Positions 26,146 through 32,000 of a stretch of DNA of 32,000 bases are shown here, in pieces. Location of the stretch: assembly GCF_000092105.1 (NCBI RefSeq), contig NC_014148.1, forward strand, positions 4,470,001-4,502,000, read 5' to 3'. This DNA is from Planctopirus limnophila DSM 3776. Its GTDB lineage: Bacteria; Planctomycetota; Planctomycetia; Planctomycetales; Planctomycetaceae. The stretch's first letter is position 1, and every line of letters starts with the position of its first letter. Below the pieces are notes generated by a model that was not told where the DNA came from, made no database searches, and saw nothing but the letters and a program-made list of their open reading frames with translations. A program made the position numbers and the translations under genes.

Positions 26146-27398
26146 GCGACGAATCTCCCCAGGTTGCATTCGCCGATTCGAAAAAGTCCCAGCAGGTTCG
26201 CCGGCGAGTGCTGTTTGCACTGGTGTCGTTTCATCCCGGTGGAGCTGAGCGGCAGACGATTGAACTGATCCGTCATCTGGATCGAAGGCTGTTCGAGCCA
26301 CTGATTGTCGTGCTCGATGGCACAGGGCCGCTGCGTTCTTCTGTACCGGAGGATGTGCAGGTGATGGAACTGGCCCCCATCGTGCAGAACCATCGCCTCA
26401 GCCGCTGGCTGGGAAAACTGCCGGGTTGCGGCCGGTTATCCCGCTGGCTGGCTTACAGCAGACTGCTGATGGATGAAAAGATCGATATCGTTTATCAGCG
26501 AGTCTATAACCTGACACTGGATCTTTCGTGGCCGACGTGGTGGAGGCGGATTCCGCGAGTTTCGGTCTGTGTGGGGGATCAACAGGCAGAAATTGAACGC
26601 TATGCGAAAATCCATCCGTGGGTGTCGTGGCATTTTGCCAGATGGGCTTATCGCACGGCGGCTGTCATCGCTGCCAATTCGAATGAACTGAAAGACCAGG
26701 TTGCCCGTCAATTGCGCCTGCCCGCCGAAGAGCTGGTGGTGCTCGTCAATGGGATTGATATTGAGCAGATCTCGGAACTCTCCCGGCAGGTTATCCCCTT
26801 ACCCGAGATTGCTTTTGCCTCGACGGCGGGTCATGCAGAACCACTCAAGATCCTGACTGTGGGGCGTATTGACGAAGCCAAGGGATATCTGGATCTCGCT
26901 CAGGCACTCATCGAAGTGGCCAGACGACATCCATCGAAGCATTTGATCTGGTCGATCGTTGGGACAGGCCCGCTGCAGGAACGACTGCAACAATTGGCGA
27001 AGGAGTTTCCTCAGAATTTGACACTTTCCTGTTGGGGGTCACTGTCGAATCCTTTCCCCTGTTACCGCTGGGCCGATCTGTTTGTGTTGCCTTCGCATAG
27101 CGAAGGTTCACCCAATGTGTTGCTGGAAGCCATGGCACTTGGCTGCCCGGTGATCAGCACCAACTGCCCATGTGGCCCGCAAGAGATTCTGGCAGGTGGT
27201 GAATACGGCCGCCTCGTTGAGCCTCAGGCACCAGCTCAACTGGCCCAGGCGATAGAAGAGTTTCTTAACGACCCGGCACCTGCGCGAGCGCTTTCGATTC
27301 GAGCCCAGGAACACGTGGCCACAAAGTATTCGATTCAAACGGCCACCCGCCGGTTGGAGGCGATCTTATGGAAACTGACTGGTGATCAACAGGCTTGA
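26142..27398 (+). CDS. Glycosyltransferase family 4 (GT-B, GT1/GT4-type)
   Basis: PSHSEGSPNVLLEAMALGCPVISTNCPCGPQEIL (E-x7-E motif). The ATG overlaps the upstream stop (ATGA). Confidence 0.9.
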   Translation: MSDESPQVAFADSKKSQQVRRRVLFALVSFHPGGAERQTIELIRHLDRRLFEPLIVVLDGTGPLRSSVPEDVQVMELAPIVQNHRLSRWLGKLPGCGRLSRWLAYSRLLMDEKIDIVYQRVYNLTLDLSWPTWWRRIPRVSVCVGDQQAEIERYAKIHPWVSWHFARWAYRTAAVIAANSNELKDQVARQLRLPAEELVVLVNGIDIEQISELSRQVIPLPEIAFASTAGHAEPLKILTVGRIDEAKGYLDLAQALIEVARRHPSKHLIWSIVGTGPLQERLQQLAKEFPQNLTLSCWGSLSNPFPCYRWADLFVLPSHSEGSPNVLLEAMALGCPVISTNCPCGPQEILAGGEYGRLVEPQAPAQLAQAIEEFLNDPAPARALSIRAQEHVATKYSIQTATRRLEAILWKLTGDQQA

Positions 27399-27424
27399 AA
27401 ACCGGGCTGAGTGGCGCACCCGGC

Positions 27425-27611
27425 TGTCATTCAGGCTGATGAACTCGATTGACCAGGGGGCGGATGAAGACATTCAACCCGAAACGCCCTGCTCTTACAT
27501 AGAATTTGAGGTCGAAGGGTGCAAAGACCACGCCCTTTCGCAAAGCCTTCAGGGATGTGCCACGCTTGGGTGAGAGTTCTTTGGAATTGACAGCCCAGAG
27601 CGACAAGCATG
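27425..27611 (+). repeat. Modular intergenic repeat, copy B (short form)
   Basis: Contains GGGGGCGGATGAAGACAT, ACCACGCCCTTTCGCA, a shortened GGGATGTGCCAC block and CAAGCATG. Hand-aligned to copies A and C. Confidence 0.85.
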
Positions 27612-27641
27612 GGACAAAGCGATGATTCCTGGGATGGGTGC

Positions 27642-28877
27642 TTACTTGACCTTCAGCCTGAGCTGCTGAACTTCGCCAGAGCCGTGAGCATGATCATGGC
27701 CCGTGTGATCATGGCCCGTGTGATCGTGGCTGTCGTGATTGCCGTGGGAGTGAGCCGGTTCAAGGAAGCCGATCCCCCAGGCGGCAATGGTGCCTGCGAT
27801 GAGTAGAGATGTCAGTTGCCAGCGATCATGGGAGTGAAACTGCACTTCAGGGAGAAGATCGGCCAGGGCAATGCACAGGAATGAGCCCGCAGAAAACGCC
27901 AGGGCACAACCGACGATCAAAGCCTGCTGGCCTTGAAGCTGTTCCACTCCGAGTACGAACAAGAGGGCACCGGCTGGACACATGAGTGCGTAACCGAAGT
28001 TGACCAGAGTTCGCCACCTGGCGGGGCTGCCAGCGGCCAGCATGAGCGAAGTGATCGAGAGGGAATCGAGAGGTTTATGCAGAGCAATGGCGAGAAAGGT
28101 TCCCAACCCAAAGAGAGAACCTGCCGGAAGATGCAACTGATCCGTTTTGACAGCAGCAGCGAGAGCCATGCCATCGACGAGCGTGTGAATGACCAGGCCG
28201 AATGTCATGGCGACCCAACTGAGATCGTGCGCCGCCGGAGGAACAGGAGCCTGAGTTGCCGAACTGGAGGATGGATCCAGCACTGGAAGTAACGTATCCG
28301 CCACGACGGCTGACGAGACGATCGGCAGGAGGTTTTGGTCAGCGTACTGAGAGTCGGGAGCGTTTGCAGCCGATGTCACGTGAGGATCGTGGCTGTGGGA
28401 GTGAGACTGGCAGTGGGCATGATCATGAGCATGGTCGTGATTGTGCCCATGGTCGTGATTGTGAGAGTGATCATGAGAATGACCATGGTCGTGTGCATGT
28501 CCTGCGTCGTCTTCCCCATGTGAATGCGAGTGGAAGTGGAAAACTCGCAGCATGACGAACATGGCCACCAGGCCAATGACGACCCAGAGCATCGTCAGAT
28601 CAACAGGGTTTTTGACCCCGCCATCGCCCAGAGCATGAATGGCATGGGGCACCTGATGGAACAAAGCCACGCCGACAATGAAACCACCGACAGCACTGAT
28701 GATGCGTTGCAGGCGCTGGTGGGTGATTCGCATCAGCGATGGAAGCCAGCCACCCAGAAGTGAACTGCAGGCGACCAGCACACACCAGATGATGAGGACT
28801 GCAGAAATACCGCTCCCTGCCACGGCCAGAGAGTTTCCCTGCCACCCCAGACTGCTCAAGCCAAACCACAGCGACAT
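27642..28877 (-). CDS. ZIP-family divalent metal (zinc) transporter with two His-rich segments
   Basis: Multi-TM protein with a central loop HSHSHGEDDAGHAHDHGHSHDHSHNHDHGHNHDHAHDHAHCQSHSHSHDPH and a C-tail HSHGNHDSHDHTGHDHTGHDHAHG. ZIP-like TM motifs (HTLVDGMALAAAV, ALHKPLDSLS). Confidence 0.85.
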   Translation of the reverse strand: MSLWFGLSSLGWQGNSLAVAGSGISAVLIIWCVLVACSSLLGGWLPSLMRITHQRLQRIISAVGGFIVGVALFHQVPHAIHALGDGGVKNPVDLTMLWVVIGLVAMFVMLRVFHFHSHSHGEDDAGHAHDHGHSHDHSHNHDHGHNHDHAHDHAHCQSHSHSHDPHVTSAANAPDSQYADQNLLPIVSSAVVADTLLPVLDPSSSSATQAPVPPAAHDLSWVAMTFGLVIHTLVDGMALAAAVKTDQLHLPAGSLFGLGTFLAIALHKPLDSLSITSLMLAAGSPARWRTLVNFGYALMCPAGALLFVLGVEQLQGQQALIVGCALAFSAGSFLCIALADLLPEVQFHSHDRWQLTSLLIAGTIAAWGIGFLEPAHSHGNHDSHDHTGHDHTGHDHAHGSGEVQQLRLKVK

Positions 28878-28886
28878 CAGAACTCT

Positions 28887-28931
28887 CCCCGGCGGATGAA
28901 GGATTCAGCCGACTGCCGATTCATCCGGGGG
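28887..28931 (-). promoter_or_regulatory. Leader hairpin 10-54 nt upstream of the ZIP start codon, partly covering the GGGGAGAG SD-like tract
   Basis: CCCC-GG-CGGATGAA / TTCATCCG-GGGG (8+4 bp) with a 19-nt loop. Contains the 11-mer GGCGGATGAAG, shared with the repeat family. Confidence 0.4.
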
Positions 28932-29052
28932 AAAGTTTCGTCCTCACGTAAAATTTATGCAACTTCACAATGAGTTCTAATGAATGTTTACTGAAAAAAC
29001 CTTGGGCAGCGTCGAACTTCAGCTGCTTGAGGCGGCACGCGAGGCGTTCGCA

Positions 29053-29412
29053 TCAGGCCACAATCCAGGCTTTGGCTTCTTCCAGCTTGGAGATATCAAA
29101 GTACTTGATTGAAGCTCCTGTGAATGGTTTGCAGAAGGCGGCCATTCCTTCTTCCCATTTGCTTTCGCCGACAATGGCGAGCTTTTCGATGTCTTTGCCG
29201 TGCTTGAAATCAAACTTGATGTCTTGCCACAAGGCGCCCATGGTCCAGCCATGGAAGTCGTGCATTTCGAAGAGCAGTCGCAGTTTGCCGTGCTCCGCGA
29301 CCATCTTTTCGACCATTGGAACGAACTGCTCATAGGCGGCGGCATCGAGTTTACCTGTCACGCGTACAATCAGCAGATTGCCAGACCCAACCAGTTCGAC
29401 GGCATTGACCAT
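29053..29412 (-). CDS. STAS/SpoIIAA-like domain protein
   Basis: LLIVRVTGKLDAAAYEQFVPMVEKMVAEHGKLRLLFEMHDFHGWTMGALWQDIKFDFKHGKDIEKLAIVG matches the SpoIIAA-like (STAS_2) family pattern. ATG at 29412 after GGGAAG; GTG at 29418 is also possible. Confidence 0.8.
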   Translation of the reverse strand: MVNAVELVGSGNLLIVRVTGKLDAAAYEQFVPMVEKMVAEHGKLRLLFEMHDFHGWTMGALWQDIKFDFKHGKDIEKLAIVGESKWEEGMAAFCKPFTGASIKYFDISKLEEAKAWIVA

Positions 29413-29641
29413 GATCACTTCCCTTTTCGAAACGACAAATCCAGCTTTGAATTTCTGACACCAGTCTCAAACCGGCGTCAAACGATCTTTATCAGTTCTC
29501 TGCAAAGTACACCACCGAGCCAGAATGTGCACATGAATTCTCCATAAGCTTGTGCCGCGAAGAAGCGACGAAACGTAAATGACAAGTCGCGAGTAAACTG
29601 TGGTTAAACTGTGCTGATTGTTTCACCTGGGAGGGTTGACG

Positions 29642-30922
29642 ATGTCGCGACTGATGACGGGAATGGCTTATGTGATCACGGTCGTGACGATGATCCTGAG
29701 TGGGGGAGATTTCCATCGATTGCAAGGGGCTGAGACGGCTGCCGACATTCTGGCAGAAGCAGGGAAAGAGGCTCGATTTCAAGAAGGTATCGCCCGCCTA
29801 CAGGCCCAATTAGAACAGAAACCCGAAGATGCCGAATTGCGTTTTGCGCTGGGTTTGCTGCAGTTTCTGGGGGCCGTCGATGAGTTTGCAGCCAGCCAAT
29901 ACCACTTTGGGGCGGGTGGAGGAACTGCTCGAAGTTTGAGTTTACCGTTTTTTCGAGGCATCCCTGAAAATCCGCAACCAGCCCCGGTGACCTTTGCTCA
30001 AACGCAGGAGATTTTCTCGAAACTCGGGAAGCAGATCGCGGTGGCTGAAAAGACTTTGGCCGGGCTGGAAACGCAGCGAGTGAAACTTCCTTTCCGTCCG
30101 GGACAGATTTCGCTCGACTTCAATCGAGATGGAAAAGTGGGTGATGACGAATCATTCTGGCAACTCCTTTCAGCAGTCAATCCGGCAATACGAGAGATTC
30201 CTGCCGACAAGTTTCTCCTGCAGATTGATGAAGGGGATGCCGTCTGGTTGCGAGGGTATTGCCACTTCCTGATGGCGATCTGTGATCTTTCAGCTGCCTA
30301 CAACACGAAGGAGATGTTTGAACGTGCTGGCCACATGATTTACGCCAAACCCGTGACGCCCTACCCCTGGAATCAGGAACCAGAACCCAACGAAAATGGC
30401 AGCTTTTCCTTCTCTCGAATTGCTGACCTGATTGCGATGATTCATCTGGTGAATTTTGAAGTGGTCGATGCGAGCCGGATGGCCAGTGCGCATGCTCATC
30501 TGTTGGAGATGGTGCGGTTGAGCCGGATCTGCTGGAAGCTTTATGAGGCTGAAACTGATGATGAAGCCGAGTGGATTCCGAATGATCGTCAGCAGAATGT
30601 CGTCATTGGTTTGAGAGTCTCACGCGAGCAGATCACGGGCTGGCACAAAGCGCTGGATGAGATGGAGGCGATTCTGCTGGGGAAGAAGCTGATTCCGTTT
30701 TGGCGCGGAAGCCTGGTCAATTCGAGTGGAGTGATGGGGCGGGGAGTGAATCTGGCCAAAGTGTTTCAAAAGCCAGAGCGTTTTGACATGGTGCTGTGGA
30801 TATCAGGAACAGGGGCCGCTCCATTTATCGAAGAAGGGCCACTTTCGTCAGAGGCCAGCTGGAACGAATTGCAGCGAGTCTTTGGCGGGCAGTTCTTTGG
30901 TTTTGCGGTATGGTTCAACTGA
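29642..30922 (+). CDS. Hypothetical protein with N-terminal signal anchor (426 aa)
   Basis: ATG at 29642 is preceded by GGGAGGG. Hydrophobic N-terminus MAYVITVVTMILSGG. No family recognised. Confidence 0.7.
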   Translation: MSRLMTGMAYVITVVTMILSGGDFHRLQGAETAADILAEAGKEARFQEGIARLQAQLEQKPEDAELRFALGLLQFLGAVDEFAASQYHFGAGGGTARSLSLPFFRGIPENPQPAPVTFAQTQEIFSKLGKQIAVAEKTLAGLETQRVKLPFRPGQISLDFNRDGKVGDDESFWQLLSAVNPAIREIPADKFLLQIDEGDAVWLRGYCHFLMAICDLSAAYNTKEMFERAGHMIYAKPVTPYPWNQEPEPNENGSFSFSRIADLIAMIHLVNFEVVDASRMASAHAHLLEMVRLSRICWKLYEAETDDEAEWIPNDRQQNVVIGLRVSREQITGWHKALDEMEAILLGKKLIPFWRGSLVNSSGVMGRGVNLAKVFQKPERFDMVLWISGTGAAPFIEEGPLSSEASWNELQRVFGGQFFGFAVWFN

Positions 30923-30924
30923 TC

Positions 30925-31216
30925 TGCGTGGTTGGGGTCAAACGTCCTCGTTGGCCCCCAAGGTTATTGGACTCTCATTGCTGATTGCGAACGTGCTTGA
31001 AAGCCATGAAGGCATGTCACGGCTGCATTCGTGCTGGTGAACTCGATTGACCAGGGGGCGGATGAAGACATCCGACCCCTGCCACCCGGCAGTATGAAAA
31101 CGTGAAGTTGAAAAGCGTAAAGAACCACGCCCTTCCGCACTGTTTTGATTTTTGGGGCTCCAGGGTCGTGCCACACAGTGGCGTGTGAAGAGTAATGACA
31201 ACCGCAAGCATGGCAC
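30925..31216 (+). repeat. Modular intergenic repeat, copy C (long form)
   Basis: Fills nearly the whole convergent intergenic gap. All blocks are shared with copy A, including the extra TCAAACGTCCT...ATTGGACTCT module. Confidence 0.85.
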
Positions 31217-31252
31217 AGAGCATCACACATAGATACCCGGCAGGCGGACGAG

Positions 31253-31966
31253 CTACTTGCTGTGAGTATCATCCGAGAAGAGGCCAAAGCCGGCGATAAG
31301 GCCATCCTTCATAATGATCTGCTGCTTGGCTTTGCGTGCGACGGAGTTTTCGTGCGTCACCATGATGATCGTGCGGCCCTCGGCATTGAGTTCGCCCAGA
31401 AGCTGCATGATTTCCTGCTCGGTTGTCGAATCGAGATTTCCTGTCGGTTCGTCGGCGAGGATGATTTCGGGATCGTTGATGAGTGCGCGAGCAATCGCCA
31501 CACGCTGCTGCTGACCACCCGAAAGCTGGAATGGTCGATGATCAAGACGCTCGGCTAATCCCACACGTCCCGCCAGATCCAGACAACGATTCATATCGGA
31601 CGAACTGATAGTGCGCTGATGGGTGCGGTAGTGCAGAGGCACCTGAATGTTTTCGAGCACCGTGTATTGCGGGATCAGATTGTACGACTGAAAAATAAAG
31701 CCAATCAGCTTGTTACGAATTTCAGAGAGCTGATCGTCATCGAGTTCGCTGACATCGTGACCTGCGAGGATGTAATGTCCATCGGTAGGGCGGTCAAGAG
31801 CCCCCAGCAGGTTGAGCATGGTGCTTTTGCCGCTTCCGGAGGAACCCATGATGGCCACGTAATCGCCTTCGGGAAAATCGACAGAGACACCGCGCAAGGC
31901 CCGCACCAGGTGCTCGCCCAGTTGGTAAGTCTTGTGAATGTCAATTAATCGGGCGGCATACTTCAT
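31253..31966 (-). CDS. ABC transporter ATP-binding protein (MacB/LolD/FtsE-like)
   Basis: Walker A GSSGSGKST, Q-loop, signature LSGGQQQRVAIARAL, Walker B IILADEPTGNLD, H-loop VTHE. Confidence 0.95.
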   Translation of the reverse strand: MKYAARLIDIHKTYQLGEHLVRALRGVSVDFPEGDYVAIMGSSGSGKSTMLNLLGALDRPTDGHYILAGHDVSELDDDQLSEIRNKLIGFIFQSYNLIPQYTVLENIQVPLHYRTHQRTISSSDMNRCLDLAGRVGLAERLDHRPFQLSGGQQQRVAIARALINDPEIILADEPTGNLDSTTEQEIMQLLGELNAEGRTIIMVTHENSVARKAKQQIIMKDGLIAGFGLFSDDTHSK

Positions 31967-32000
31967 GCGGAAAGTTTTCGAAATCGTTGATGAATTGAAC

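Noticed and set aside
27382-27573. Possible small conserved peptide (GADEDI...VEGxxDHALS) encoded by repeat copies A (reverse strand) and B
   Set aside because: A and B keep the frame over ~30 codons with two synonymous-looking changes. However, copy C has a 1-nt indel and three stops in the same stretch. The C-terminal parts are read in different frames in A and B, and only B has an ATG. Coding is judged unlikely, though it cannot be fully excluded without ribosome profiling.
30964-31305. 113-aa and 92-aa minus-strand ORFs and an 85-aa plus-strand ORF over repeat copy C
   Set aside because: The reasoning is the same as for copy A. The 113-aa ORF would also overlap the 3' end of the ABC ATPase gene. 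No start context and no family resemblance.

Overview
This 32-kb chromosomal segment carries mostly core and housekeeping genes. The gene content (WD40-fused Ser/Thr kinase, secreted sulfatase, many weak-SD starts, long intergenic spacers) suggests a Planctomycetota-like genome; this is inference only. About 25 protein genes can be supported. In order they are: a kinase-WD40 protein (5' partial), a UvrD-family helicase, a hotdog thioesterase, two unknowns, ribD, a DUF1015 protein, an HTH-antitoxin/PIN-toxin pair, asnS, lepA, a small AT-rich membrane ORF, and a sulfatase. These are followed by a secreted N/Y/P-rich protein, csrA, an S41 C-terminal peptidase, and a cluster of small stress-type proteins (LEA-like lipoprotein, BON, DUF1328, GlsB/YeaQ). 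The window ends with a phosphohexomutase translationally coupled to a GT4 glycosyltransferase, a His-rich ZIP metal transporter, a STAS-like protein, one unknown secreted protein and an ABC ATPase. I recognised no rRNA, tRNA, CRISPR array, transposase or integrase. I see no recognisable multi-gene defence or novel enzymatic system. The most unusual content is non-coding: a modular intergenic repeat family has three copies (7361-7655 inverted, 27425-27611, 30925-31216), each starting just downstream of a stop codon. Its 11-nt core recurs in a leader hairpin at 28887-28931. Other oddities are a 150-nt near-perfect palindrome in a divergent promoter region (5472-5621) and a (AGTTAGT)x6 six-frame-stop microsatellite after lepA. 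There is also an AT-rich ~0.8-kb segment bracketed by 28-nt direct repeats, a 17-mer tandem array upstream of the sulfatase, a 3x16-nt TGGCACTGA array upstream of ribD, and an apparent frameshift in the GlsB/YeaQ gene. All calls come from reading the sequence and ORF translations by eye; no database search was run.
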